A stretch of DNA of 54,253 nucleotides from Catajapyx aquilonaris (lineage: Eukaryota): contig KZ538042.1 of NCBI GenBank assembly GCA_000934665.2, positions 124,001 through 178,253 on the forward strand, in the 5' to 3' direction. Numbering within the stretch: position 1 is the first letter of the stretch; every line of letters begins with the position of its first letter. The position numbers and the translations under genes were made by a program. The notes below the pieces were generated by a model, which ran no database searches, was not told the DNA's origin, and saw only the letters and a list, made by a program, of their open reading frames with translations. This document shows, piece after piece, positions 11,618 to 24,414 of this stretch.

Positions 11618-12800
11618 AAATAATGTCGATGTCGTCCCCTGGAATAGTGGTGCAGTGCCTGGCTTTAAAAGACCCTATTGTTGCGTGGGGGGTGTATCCT
11701 TGTAGCCGGCGGCAGGGCGCATGAATGATTCGGTGCCAATTATTGGGGGTCCCGGCGATTTGCAAATTGACCTGTTACTGTAATAAAACATGCATGTAAT
11801 GCATGTGGTGAGACCTCTCTGTAAAAATTATACATGGAGGCCCCACAGGTTGTATAATTATAAGGGCTCCTGTGGGTGAATGTACTCTCCATACATGTAT
11901 AGAGTCAGTTACGCGTAATGTCCGACTACCAGTGAGTCGGCGTAACGATATTTGAAAAGGTGTCCTGCCGCCTATTTTTGGGGGGCAGCCCTCTGGGGCC
12001 ATGTGGTCCAGATTTTTTTGGGGGGGAACACTTGCCCACTCATAAAAAAAACAGGGAGAGCCGGATCTTTCTCCTAGAAAAAGTGGTGAGGGGGGGGGGG
12101 GGGGCTNTGAGGGAAGAATGGTGGTGGAATCCTCCCAAAGCGCGGAGAACAGCGCTTCCCAATCTTGCTCGGAAATCGTGGAAAGGAATCCTGATACGGA
12201 TAGTGGGTGGGATGGGTGGGATGGGCCTTCTTCTTCTTCCTTTTTTTTATTTGAAGGGTGGTGGGGGGTTGTCCCTCACTCTCTTCCTTTCTCTGCTGGG
12301 CCTCTCCTATCCCTCCCCTGCAAAGGCCGTTTTCTATTCTCAACAAGCCAACCACTTCCCACGCGTTTCATCCATAATGCAATGCTCCCCCAACCAACTG
12401 TCCTACCCACCCACCCACTGGTCCCCTTGTGAATATTTCAAACGCCAAAGGCGGATACCCGATCTCTTCTTCATGACTCTCCCGGCCTCTGCCTACCCCA
12501 CCGCGGACATCATCAAATCCGAGGGAAAAGGAGGAATTGGCAGGAATTGTAAGTAGTTGAATCCGGTCTATCCGGGGCAACAAAAGAGGGGTGTGGCCCA
12601 CTACTATACCACACACACACACACTCTTTCCTCCCCGGAACAATCGAGTCTCGTCAGGACGTGGCCTGCAACCTACACCTATTTTTTTGTTTCGTAGGAT
12701 GGGTGGGGCATGAGTAAGAGCAGTGTACAGTTCTGGACAGTAATGGAGTCGTACTGGTGGCGCCACGAGTCACTGGCGGCAAAAGAGCCTCGCCGTTAGT

Positions 12801-13317
12801 CCACATGGAGCTAGGCCTAGCGGTGAAATGGTTGGAGAAATCGGGCCTCATTTATTTGGCTTCTTGTTTTGCGCAGAACGAATAGCACAGTGGTGGACAT
12901 TGAAGCGAAAGATTCCCAGCGAAGCCACATGGAAGCCTTGCTAGGCCTAGCTCCATGTGGCCTAGATGGGAATATTTTGCCCCCTGGAACCGTGACGTGG
13001 GTGTGGGACCCCCAAAGGAATTAAAATGAACCTTTGCCAATTTTTTTACAGTATATAACAGGAAGTGCATGTTTATTTTGAATTAGCGATCACTTTAGGC
13101 ATTGTTCAAAGAATGATTGCATATAGTCGATACATTTAAAAAGTATTATATAAAAATTAATAAAAATTAAAATACGGATGGGGTCGTAACTTTCATGCAC
13201 ATAACGGTTCCAGGGTTAATGTCCACCACTGCACTATTCGTTCTCCGTAAAGCAAGAAATTGAAGCCAAATGAGGCCCGATTTCTCCAATGATTTTCCTG
13301 CGAGTTAACTTGTATGG
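12801..13317. mobile_element. Palindromic MITE with right arm interrupted by a second MITE
   Basis: TTGGAGAAATCGGGCCTCATTT (~12832-12853) is inverted at ~13268-13289. AGAACGAATAGCACAGTGGTGGACATT is inverted at ~13218-13244. The symmetry centre is near 12942 once 12982-13215 is removed. Confidence 0.8.
12982..13215. mobile_element. piggyBac-like MITE
   Basis: Termini CCCTGGAACCGT and ACGGTTCCAGGG, followed by TTAA on the right (13216-13219). The left TTAA is lost. CCC...GGG ends with TTAA are the piggyBac signature. Confidence 0.7.
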
Positions 13318-14825
13318 TAAATTGGGAAGGAAAAGTATGTCCCCAGCAGCAGATCTTTCCCTCCCATAATCCCATCTTGCGAATACACATTGGCATAGAT
13401 CAGTTCCTCTTAGCCTTGCGCATATTGCACCATGCGACATTACTATCGACCTGAACTTGAAGGCATTGTGGCGGTGCACTTGTAAACTATATCGATTCCG
13501 CACTACGGGGAGGCTGATTAACAATCTGGCCTAGTGGTGTGTGTATATGGCCAGGAGTGGAGGGTAAGAGGAAATGGATGGAATTGCCTTTCCGACATTG
13601 AGAGAGAGGGTTTTCGTCATGTTTCAACTGTGCTGCGGAGGGAGAATTTCCTTGGCTGAAACTGGCTGGAACGGGCTGGAATATGCCAATGGAGCCTTAC
13701 GGTATATCATCAGATGTTGCCTCCCCTTCCTCCTCGTTCCATCTGTTGTGGTCCTTCCAAAGCATCGATCCTCCTCCAAAAAGTGCATCATACACCTTTA
13801 GTTCAGCGTCTCGATCGGAATAATGAGCCTGATGTGACACAGCTTCCAACACAGCCTCTCTTTTTTGGGGGGTGGTGTTTGGGAGGAGGAGGGTAGGGCC
13901 ATCATTTTTCCTCCGGTCCTTATGATTCCCTCCTGGCTCCCTGGTTGGCAGTGCCGCCTCCCATAATACCCTTCGGCGTATATATACAGGAATATATGTC
14001 TGGGGAGGGAGAGGATGATGAAATGATGGGAAGAGGTCGCCATCTCGCCGGCTCCGGATGAGGATCGTGACGTGGAAACCAAACGATTTTTCCCCTTTTA
14101 GAGAGAGAACAACCAACCCGAAACCCTTATTCTGCCCATCCTCCAACCGCACGCGCCTAAATTTTTGCGGCAGGTGACGTCATAGTTCGGTGCAAAAATA
14201 TTTGCAATCCCACTCTTTTATTCCGCATTTTTTCTGTCTCCCTCCCAGCATTTCTCCTCCATATAGGAGGATGAGGGTTGGTGGGATCAAATCGGGCAAT
14301 AAAACACACGTCGCATATCTTTTTCCTGACTTTGTGGGGAGGGAGGAGGTGGGGAGGATTGGAGTAGATGTAATGCATAATAAAGTTGCAAACTTTGTGG
14401 GGGGGGAGGGGTAAGGAAGGGGGAGAAGAGAGAAAAAAAAAGGAGAGCTGGGAAGGTTTTATTGCCGACGCGCTGTTGGCGGGTTCCGACGAGGCCTCCT
14501 CCGTTTTCATGAATACGAGATAGAGAAGAGAGGCCATGGTGGGAGGGAGAGGGTGTGACGTCACCAGTCGGGGAATAACCCTCCATCTCCATAAACAAAC
14601 AACGATCCCCCATGTTACATAATGCCGCATTTTTATAATGAGCTGGAGCTAGGCCGCCTCCAAAAGTAGTTTTGTTGTTGCGCGTATATCGCAGCTGTTG
14701 CATCCCGGTTGGTGATGCTATAGTCGAGCCAATATCTTCTGGCAGTGCCCTTTATTTTCAGGAAAGGGACACCTGGCCACGCCTCCTGTCCCTTTCGCCC
14801 AATAAGCTTCAAGTATCCCCTGCCT

Positions 14826-15259
14826 CTAATTTATGAAACGTCGCCATACGTCACACCCCTTTCTGAAAATGGTCAGCCTATATCCCGTCCCAAGGGTACC
14901 AGGTGAAGCAGCTACATTTCACCTGACACCTATGCCCAAAACGCTTGTACGGCAGTGCAGGAAATACAACAAATTTGGCATATCACGCGAACGGAACGTG
15001 ATTCGAGTAGACTTTTTCTCATTGGGCAGCGGGAAATGACGCTAATTTATGAAACGTCGCCATACGTCACACCCCTTTCTGAAAATGGTCAGCCTATATC
15101 CCGTCTCAAGGGTACCAGGTGAAGCAGTTACATACATTTCACTTGGCACCTATGCTCAAAACGCTTGTACGGCAGTGCAAGAAATACAACAAATTTGGCA
15201 TATCACGCGAACGGAACGTGATTCGAGTAGACTTTTTCTCATTAGGCAGCGGGAAATGA
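14826..15259. repeat. Tandem duplication of ~216 bp containing a HINE-A 3' end plus its flank
   Basis: CTAATTTATGAAACGTCGCCATACGTCACACCCC starts at 14826 and 15042. The two units are near-identical and both contain ATCACGCGAACGGAACGTGATTCGAGTAGACTTTTTCTCATT. Confidence 0.95.
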
Positions 15260-15547
15260 GGCTGCTGACAACCCCGATACTATTCTAATAGGATAACAAC
15301 GACATTGATTGTTGTCAGTCTCATTTCCCGTTGTCGAGGAACCTATAATTTGAACTTTAATCTGCCTGTAAATTAACCAGAGTGGACCCGGAAAATCGGA
15401 AGTTAGCCATGAAACCTATTTTGGTCACGCTGAATCCGAATCCGAAACCCGTTTGTCGCGATATCTTGCGGTTGAGACCCTGAAACCTGTCCACAGACGG
15501 ACAGACGGACAGGTCAATTCTATAGTCGACTTTTTAAATGAGAAAAA
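15185..15547 (-). mobile_element. HINE family A copy 3
   Basis: Reverse-strand match from the 5' subTIR (AATGAGAAAAA, 15537-15547) through GACGGACAGACGGAC and CTGAATCCGAATCCGAAAC to the 3' hairpin near 15200-15222. Confidence 0.85.
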
Positions 15548-17039
15548 CTCTATAATGATTTCCATCGATTGCAGTATTTGAACGTATAGCGATATTTCCC
15601 CCCCTCCTGATGGCCAAATTCCCGCGTTTGCGAGCCACATTACGAGGCTTATGCTTGCGAATCCCCAGAAGCGCGATAACATCTGACCTACCTGCAGTGT
15701 GTAAGACCGCCTGGCCGTATATATACAGACCATTGTGCCAACCCCTCCCAGGCCTCTCACTTCCTACCCGCAAAATCCAGGCGGGTAAGCGGATTGGACG
15801 GCCGATCGGCCTCGTAATGGCGCCCTGATTCCTTCCGTGGTGGGCCGCAATTTTTTTCCTCTCTTTTTTTTATATATCTATCCCGAAAAGTGGGTGGAGG
15901 ATCCTATTTCGGGGGGAGGGGGGTGGCTTGAGTGGTTGAGAGACGGAGGGTGGGTGTTGGGGGAGAGCAGCAGACAATTTGTCCCGTGTATATAGATATA
16001 TCCTCCTGGCCGCAAAATTGGGGAGTGTTGGAGTAGGGTCGTGGATCTGGTAATTGTGCGGCTAGTTTGGAGGCGTCCCGATTGGAGGCGTCGGTGGCGT
16101 CCTCTCTGATAGGCTTCCAACGTAAAATGAGCCGCTTGTTCGCGTCAAATTTTCATGGCGGTGGTGGTGGGTTAGGTGAGAGTGGATGGGAGGAGGAGGA
16201 GGGCTTCACAACCTCCCAAATTGAATACAGAAGCTTGTGCTAGGGGCCGAAGGGACAAGCAATAAGGTTTGCAAGTGCTGCGGGTCCAAAAGCGATTGGC
16301 TGGTTAGACATGGCCAAGCGACATCAATCAAGGTCAGCAGGCAGGAATATTGGGAGGGAATCTGACCTGATATTGCGCCGGAATTGCTCCGTCGAAAATG
16401 TGGGTTTCAAAATTTGAAAGGTGAAAGAAGATAATCGCGGATATGTCACACTCTATACATGTATGATTTAATGACACTGAACCGAATGTCACCCGATAAA
16501 ATATTATATGAGTAACCCTTCTAAACGGTTCAATTATTTTGAGTGGAATCCGGTTCAGTTTTCTTCTCACGAAGTATTGCCCACTCTTTTTTTTTTTGAG
16601 TGAGATTACCCCTCTGCAATATACTCGATCATTTCGATGGATTTGAGCACAGTGTACTCTTTGTCGAGGGGCGTTAGTTACTTTGTAATTACCTCATTAA
16701 TGAGCCCTTTGATTATGGAAGTTCTGTTCATTTATTAAAATGTGTGAACTGGGTAGCAACTCCAAAATAATCTTCAACCCTTGTAACATCGTGTTCAAAT
16801 GGAGTTTTTATGCTGTGCGGTATGCGTAACATAAATTACTACTGTAACACTGCCTATGATGCTAATTTATTTATGCCATTGCATTTAATGAGTAATACGA
16901 ACCGACTAATTACTCGGTCTGCATCTTTTGGTAATGGGATCCAGGTGTCTGTTGTTACTAATTGAGCACCTCTCTTTCCTTGCAAGTGAGTGTTGTCTGC
17001 AGTGACAAATGTGGCGGTGATAGTGGTGAGTAGTGCGCT

Positions 17040-17171
17040 TCACCAAAACGTGCATGTAGTACTACCTTCCCCCTGAGAGTGGCAATCGTGTGCAGAATGA
17101 CACCCTATGAGCCAACTGGTAGTGCGTCCAAGTGCCAACCAGTGTTGCCAAACTTTGTCCGCTACTATAGT
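17040..17171 (+). mobile_element. Family B fragment
   Basis: ACGTGCATGTAGTACTACCTTCCCCCTGAGAGTGGCA...GCCAACTGGTAGTG...AGTGTTGCCAAA...GTCCGCTA matches 4674-4820. Confidence 0.75.
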
Positions 17172-18320
17172 CGGACACTAAACCGTCGTAAAACGGACCA
17201 AATTGAGTTTAAAACCAGTACTTGGCGTGTATGCTCACTCCGAATTTTTTTTACTGCCTCACCCCTGTCTTAACCGCAGTTTATTTCCACTTCCGAAAGC
17301 GTCTGGGCCCGTTCCTCCCGGTTATGCCCGCGTGACACGTCCAGGAATAAGCATCACTCGCAGTGCGCATAAGTAATGCAAGCCAAGTGCTCTACATAAC
17401 TTTGTATATCGTGGTGTGTGTAACCCTCTTCCCATCGACTTACAAGTTTCTGCCCTCCTTTAGGGAAACTTCCCCGGTTAATTATACACGGGGCTCCCTT
17501 TGATGCTCCTCCAGCCCTATTAATTACGTATTCTTGAAATATGCCCGGAGAGAGTCACGTGACTTCATATTTTATCCGGTTGCAGCTGCAGAGAGAAAAG
17601 GGACCCCCACCCGGATTTAATGCGACCCAAAGATTTTTTCTTCTTCTCTTTTTTCTTCTTCTCTTTTCGAATGTGGTTGAGAGGGGAGCGTATTTTCCGG
17701 GCGTGTCGGTGGCCGGAGAAAATCGCAAGAAGTGGATGGAAGGGAAAGGATTTGGTGGTAAATCCGGAGTAGGCGGGCGGGGCTGGGCTAAAGGGGAAGG
17801 GAAGGGGGGAGTGACCATAAATTTTTGGAGTGGTTTCCACGGGTCACAAATTGGAAACAAACGCGGTTGCAGCCGCGCTCCGGACGGGTTTATCCGGGGA
17901 AATCTTTCCGGAGATTTGGACCTTGCCCCCTTCCGAGTGGATCCGGACGCAAGCGCATGTTTGCATCTCTTTTTTTATATAATTTTTTTTTCTCTCCAAA
18001 ACCAGTGTGTGGCGAGGAGATGCATCATATTTTCCTTCAGCCAAGTTGAGCCCGGAATTGTCGGCAAATCCGGGCATGAGGTCTGGCGGACGTTCCAGGA
18101 TTAAACTGGATGACAGGGCTGTGCTGGAAGGGGCCAAGCGATATCAGGATTTACTCGATTTACCGGAATTTACCTTTTTTTATATATTTTCTAGGATTTG
18201 CTGGAAAGTTGCATAAATTTTTGGAATCGCGCGCGATATGTGCGGAAAACGTGAAATGAAATTGCACTGGACAATAATTATGTAGTCGCGTGCAGCGCAG
18301 CGTATCGGACATTCGACACG

Positions 18321-18582
18321 TCTCAGAAGGTATATCGAAATGCTTGAAACTGACCATATGGGCCATTGCGCAGTAATTGAAAGCTATAAGCCAAAGTTTA
18401 TCATTGCTTCATATGAGGTGGCCAATGACGCCTCGGTTAGCGAGTCTCAGAGGTTCACAAATCTCAGAAGGTTCTCGAAATGCTGACCATATGGGCTGAC
18501 CATATGGGCCATTGCGCAGTAATTGGGGGGGAAAATAAGCCGAAGTTTTTCATTACCTCATGTGAGGTGGCCAATCGCGCCT
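18321..18582. repeat. Diverged tandem duplication (~140-150 bp unit) with a nested 13-bp duplication
   Basis: TCTCAGAAGGT...GAAATGCT...CTGACCATATGGGCCATTGCGCAGTAATTG...ATAAGCC...TGAGGTGGCCAAT occurs from 18321 and from 18462. CTGACCATATGGG is doubled in the second unit. Confidence 0.85.
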
Positions 18583-19699
18583 AGACATCGAATCGGGCAA
18601 CAAATAATGGGCGTTCAATAATTTGTGCGGTTCTTTTGAAAAAATGTGGTCATTTTCCAAGACAAGGGCACTGGATCTCTGACTAAGAACTCTTCAGTGG
18701 AACATTCCAAGTATGGCAGACATGGGTGATCATCCCTGGTGGGGGCAGATTGCGGCGCCTGTTTTTATTTACCGGATGTCAAGTGGAGAGAAGCGGGGGT
18801 GGACCAATTGCGTCTCCCCCTCCCAGCAGTGTCCCTCCTCACCCGAGCCCATTTTGCGAACCGAAGGCACCATTAGTCCGAGCGAGGTTGACAGGCAATT
18901 CCGGAAGGGCTCTTTTGACAAATTCCATTCTTCCGGTGGGTTGCTCGCCAAGACGAGGAGAGACAAGTGAAGAGGAGGTTGGTTGGGTTGAGGGTGGTGG
19001 GTATAGAAAGAGAGAGAGAGAAGCTGGTGCTGCCTGCCGTGACACGACAGGAACAATGTGTCGGGCGGGAAACGAGCTGTCAACCCTCCACCCTAGACAC
19101 CAAATGGTGTTTTTGGAGGGGGAGGAAGTTTCCTTGTTGTTGTTGTTTGGTGGGAGGAGGCCCCCCCAAATTAAAGCTGGTGTTTGGCACGGGACAGATA
19201 TCGACATGGTTCAGATCTCCATTTTGGCCAGGTTTGTGGCTGCTTCCTGGAGAGACAAAACCCCCCAGCAGCAGGTCCTCTCCTCTCCCTTTGTGCTCTT
19301 GTGCATTCAGAGACAGCGAGTGTCTCCTGGCCATTTCCTCTCCTGCTTCTTCCTCTCGCCGTCCTATAACTACAACTACTACTTATGGAAATGGGCGATG
19401 CTCTTTGCCACGCCGGGAGAAGATTAAGGTCCTGTTCCGGTTAGGAAGGCCATTGTCGAAGGAGAGAGGCTGGAGTGGCAAGCAAGGCAGGGGTCTCTGA
19501 AGAAGAGTCTGAGGGAGGTTCATCCTGTCGGGCAGATAACCCATGAGCCTCTCTTGTCGCGCGGGAGGTGCAGTTGACAGGGGCTCACCTCGCTCGACAG
19601 GCAGGGAAAATGAATGCACGATTGGTATACCCACAGCATTTTATCAACAAGTAGGCCCCATCTAGACACCCTGAAGGCCTAAGCAGAGGCAATTCATGG

Positions 19700-19762
19700 T
19701 AGGGTTTCAAAATAGGATTTCTTATGGACCGCACTGTACCCACCATTCTGATTGGTGGAGCA
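19700..19762 (+). repeat. Short dispersed repeat (partner at 24352-24414)
   Basis: AGGGTTTCAAAA...ATTTCTTATGG(A/G)CCGCACTGTACCCACCATTC..ATTGGTG is shared between the two sites. Confidence 0.8.
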
Positions 19763-21914
19763 TACGGATATGGTGGAGCATACGGATTTTTTGTGAAGTC
19801 AAAAACAGGTGTGCCAACAGGACTGTGGAAAAACAACTATACTAAAAATAGTGTGCGCCCGATTGACATGGAATGTCTGTTGTGAAGAGGAGGGTGGGTT
19901 GGAATTCGATCATATATATATATACCCCTGGATCTGTGACTAGCATTCCATAGCAGCAGGAGGCAAGTCAATGCGATGAATTCCGGGGATGCCTTCGATG
20001 GCCTTTCTCATGTGGCGACTCGCAAATAGATCAACCCCCCGCCCCTGCCGTTCTCTCTCGTCTCTATGATTAAGCGGGATGGACTCTGGCTGAGAGGAGT
20101 GACCCAGCGTGCCCCTTTCCCCCCGGAAAAAAAAATATGAAAAAAGATGGGTCATTTGAACCCGGACGCAGAGATGGGGGCCGAGCAAAACATGGGGCCA
20201 CTTCCGACTCACTCTCATCACTCATAACTCCTCCAGTTCACATTTTGTGCACCCTTACCCCCTTTTTTATCAACTACGGTCACTTTTCGTTGTACTACAG
20301 GGCGGTACACTACCCAAGTCGCAGGTTAAAGCGATTGTGTACACCAGCAACCCCATTTTAAAGGGAAGCAACCTGTTGGAATTGTTCAAAGGAAAAGTCG
20401 ATCAGCAATCAATTCATGTGGGTTGCTTTTTTTCTTTCAGTTGGTTTCTGGGGGTGAGCAATCCCTTTTGGACAGTGAACCACCCTGCAGGGCACTCTGT
20501 TATACAGGTCATTTCGCAGTAATATCTGCAATTTTTGTGACGAGTTTTTTTGTTGCCACGAGTTCGCGAATTTCCAGTGATGGCCATTTTTCCCCGACAA
20601 AAAAAAAGTCATGGGCGAATTTCAATTCGATTCTTGCAAATCTTGTTTGCTTGACCAAAGGATCTGGAGGTCACCGCTGCGTCGCTCTTATCAAATCTGT
20701 TTGATGGTTATGTTCTTTTTGTGCGATTCCGTCAAATTGTCTTTACCGAAAGCAAAATTGACAGTTTGATGCTCTGGAACGTATTTTGAGAAAGTTGGAG
20801 TCGATGATCACTAAAATGTTTGTTTATTAATTTTATTAATTTATGTATTACACTGTTGATATCAAAAATGATCGACAATTTCGCCTGCTGAGTATAAGAC
20901 AAAATCGCTTGGAACACTGTATATAGGAGAGAAGCTGTGATCGCTGGGCGTCCCCCATCTCGTCCATGTAACTGTTTCTTATGGATGAAATTCGCGATTC
21001 GCCGAGCGCAATCCCGTAGCACAAAGCGAGCTTTTTGCATATTCGTCTCTCTCTCTCTCTGAGAGAAAATCGGATCGAACCTTTTTTTTTATTATTCGCC
21101 CAGTGGACGGGAATAACGGGGTATTGAAATGGCTCGGCAGCCTCAGCTTTGTTCCAGTCTCGCAATTCGCTTCCTGATTAGAGAAGTTGTGTACAAATTA
21201 GCGAAAAGGGGGGTGGAAGCTCTGACTTTCATCCATGGTTTTGCCACAATACAGATAGATCCCAAGCCATATTTTGTCTTTTGTCTCTCTCTCTCTCCAG
21301 TCTTATTATTATTACCACTGCAGCATATACTATGCCTGGAGGCGGCTTCAACTTCTCCTTATTTTGCTTCTGTGCTGCTTTGCACCGGTAATTATATTGA
21401 TGTCATAACTTTTGGAAGGGGGGGGGGGGGNAGAAAAGGCAAAGCCTAGACAACTAGTTTGGGAACATATCGAGGCAGGGTTGCCAGACTTTGGCGAGTG
21501 TGTCCCAGAAGTCACATATCGTAAGGAGGGAGTAAATAAGAAGGGGGGCCCCCTCAGGCAGTAGGCGTCCCAGAAGTGAAAACGAGGAAGGATTGTCCGA
21601 GTTATGGGCAAAGTTGGGCCAGGACTCCGGGCATCCTATAATTGCTCCGGAGGGAGGATTCCCGCCGGAAAGGCGACGATTGTTTCCCCACCCACCCACA
21701 ACACCACCCAAAAATCTTATAGCCAAAAGCCTTTTGTGCACAGGGTGGAAGAGCAATAATTTGCAGACATTTTGGCTTGTTTAGATGCAGTTATGGCCCC
21801 TATTCAATTCTGCTGATTAATTGAAATGTATGCAAATTTGCAGTTGAGTGCAGAATGGACGTGAACAGAAAATGGAAATGATGGGAATGGGAAGTGTCCT
21901 TCAGAATTATTATA

Positions 21915-22201
21915 TCTCTTATCCTTTTAAACGTGAATTCCTGTGTATGTTTGTCCGTGCTATCTAACCCACTTCCCCACCTCTGAGAGAGCTTAAATTT
22001 GGGACGCCGATGTCTCAAGTGCCACTGATTGACGGGAAAGTACGAAAACCGCACTTTTTTGAGTTTAAATACTCAAAATTTATGATTTTATTAAGTTTGG
22101 TGTTTCATCTGAAGCCATTTTCACGCCACTGCTGGCGCTTCTAGGTTTTACAAACTTGTCTCATTTATTAATCCCCGTGCGAAGAACGGATTCACTGCTA
22201 G
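21915..22201 (+). mobile_element. Non-autonomous Helitron, family D, full length
   Basis: A|TCTCTTATCC 5' end; 3' CCCGTGCGAAGAACGG hairpin remnant then CTAG|T. The internal segment matches the reverse complement of 50935-51057 and 36829-36935. Confidence 0.8.
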
Positions 22202-22223
22202 TTAACCCGTGAATGTTTTACAC

Positions 22224-22560
22224 TTTTCTCATTTAACTTACAAAAAAATGTCTTATAGAACAGCTATGTCCGTCTGTCCGTCCGTCCGTCCGTCCGTCCG
22301 TCCGTGGAAAGGTATCAGGGCCTAAACTAGAAGAGATAGGAAGAAACGGTTTTCGGATTCGGATTCAGTGCGACCAAAATAGGTTTATGGTCAGCTTCCG
22401 GCGGTTTTCCGCCTCTATCCGCCATGAAGTCAAGTTTACAGGCACCTTGGGTTACTTGGCGACGGGAAATGAGACTGACAACATTCCATGTTATTGTTGT
22501 CCACTATGAATTTCTTTGGCAACGAGAAAAAGTCTACGCGAATCACGCGTGGCCAATATC
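22224..22560 (+). mobile_element. HINE family A copy 4, with expanded (GTCC)n
   Basis: TTTTCTCATT...GTCTTATAGAACAGCTATGTCCGTCTGTCC(GTCC)n...GGAAATGAGACTGACAACATTCCATG...GAGAAAAAGTCTACGCGAATCACGCGTG. Confidence 0.85.
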
Positions 22561-23736
22561 AGTTACTTTCAGCCACGGCAATTTTTGGACGTGAAAGCAG
22601 CTAAATATGCAGAGAATCCTTCCTTTATAGAGTCCCTGACCCACCCTGTAGGAGTGAGAAAGGGGAGATTTTGTGTCCCAGGGCACGTAACAGTCTTTGT
22701 CTGTGACGTAATTATCCGAGTGACGGGGAGAGAAAGGGAAGGTAATATTCTTTTCCGCTTCTTCTTCTTCTTGTGTGTGTAGGGTCGGGGGGGACAGGAG
22801 GGAGAGAGAGAATCCCCCCCCCCCTCTCCTCTTTCTCCCCGGATGCAGTCGGAATGGGAATCCGGGGGACTGCAATTGATGTATTGCTTCTTCCCGTGGA
22901 AGTCAACGGATTAGTCTGTTGGGACAAACGGAGCCCCGGAAAAAAAAGGGGAGGCCTAGGGCTTGGAAAACCCTGACTTAAGCCCACCTGTATTGTTCCC
23001 GCCACATTCTTTATGCCGATTCAATTTTTCGGGCTCCGTCTGGCACCCCTGCGGCTCCACCAACCAGGATTAACGGCCAGCCTGGATCAACTACTTACAG
23101 CGACCAGTGTCCACAGAGAGACGAAGGTTTTTTTTTTCTCCCTCACTTTTAAACCGACAGTTACGACCACAAGTTAAACTCCGGTTAACTTGTAACGACA
23201 GTGTTGCCAGCTGTAGAAACTTCCTGGGCCGTATGGCCTTGTGGTGTGGATAATCCGGGACATTGACCCGGAAGACGCCTGAGAATCTGGTGATTCCGGA
23301 GTGCCTCTGCTGTCGTAATAGCGCTTTCTTATTAATTAGTCGTGCACGGCAGAGAAGAGGAGGTGGAGAGTGTGGGGGGTGTTTAAAAGGCGAGAAATAA
23401 ACGGCGTGTGCTGATTAAGGGCCCTGGCGCCAAAAAGAGGGGGGGTTTAGGAGGAGGTAGGCTAAGGGCTGATGATGGTTCCCAAGCCAGATTATGGCCC
23501 CGCTCCTCGCATTTATTCCTACCCGAAATAATTGCCCCGCGTTACTAACGCCAGCTCTCTCTCGCTTTTGCTCAAGGCGCAGTAGGTTTATGCAAACCCC
23601 GAAACGTCTAGGTAGTTTAGGTTAGGTTCTCTCATCTGACCAGTTCCTGTCAAAAAGTTTCTGCACAGGTGGGTGGGACGAAACATGGTTACTCGCTGCA
23701 AGGTCTGGATCGTTTCAAAGAGATACAAAAGAGTAG

Positions 23737-23853
23737 GGGTGGAATTTTCGTCGTACTATTAGGTACTTCTAACTTAGCAGTACCAGTGTAGTGCAATGGT
23801 ACTGCTTTGTTAGTAGTAATAACTGACTTAGTAGTACAACGAAAATTCCACCC
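23737..23853. mobile_element. MITE with GG termini and TAG TSD (Zator-like or Harbinger-like)
   Basis: TIR GGGTGGAATTTTCGT pairs with ACGAAAATTCCACCC. TAG lies at 23734-23736 and 23854-23856. A second family member is at 37680-37778. Confidence 0.8.
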
Positions 23854-24351
23854 TAGGTCATTATCAAAACCAGGCTGTCTCATTTTGTCGAAAGTGTGTT
23901 CATTACTGGTTACAGGCATTAACTCGAGGCTAAATTCCGATTTCCAATATATGGAACATTTTCAGCTCTGGTCCACCTCACATTGGGAAATGTTGCCTGG
24001 GCCGTGAGGAGATTCGCCAAATCTGAAATTACTGTTTCCTGAAGGATTTGTAGCGAAGGTAGTCTGTTTTGATAATTACCTACCAAGAGCTAATAGCTGA
24101 AGTAGACGTGAGTTTTGCCCCAGACCTAGCCAGGCGACCCCCCTACATCCTTAAATCCCAGCAGGTGCTTGTGAACTCCCTGAAGTAGACACGCCTCTGT
24201 GTGAGGAGGGACAACCTTCCCTTCTTGGTTCGGCCTAGTCGCACCAGAGGGAAACCAGTCTGTACACTTTACAACGCGTTTGGAGGTGTAGTCACGTTAT
24301 TAGCTATTGGACCTACTTATACTGCCGCCTTTGTGGTTAAGCCATACACGG

Positions 24352-24414
24352 AAGGGTTTCAAAAGAATATTTCTTATGGGCCGCACTGTACCCACCATTC
24401 CTATTGGTGTAGCT
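24352..24414 (+). repeat. Short dispersed repeat (partner at 19700-19762)
   Basis: See 19700-19762. Confidence 0.8.

Noticed and set aside
11960..12556. 198-aa ORF
   Set aside because: Crosses poly-G runs and an N, is low complexity, and has no recognisable homology.
18726..19500. Longest ORFs (233 aa and 177 aa) as genes
   Set aside because: No recognisable domain, non-ATG starts, low-complexity G/GA-run-derived sequence and overlapping ORFs in several frames, all consistent with chance.
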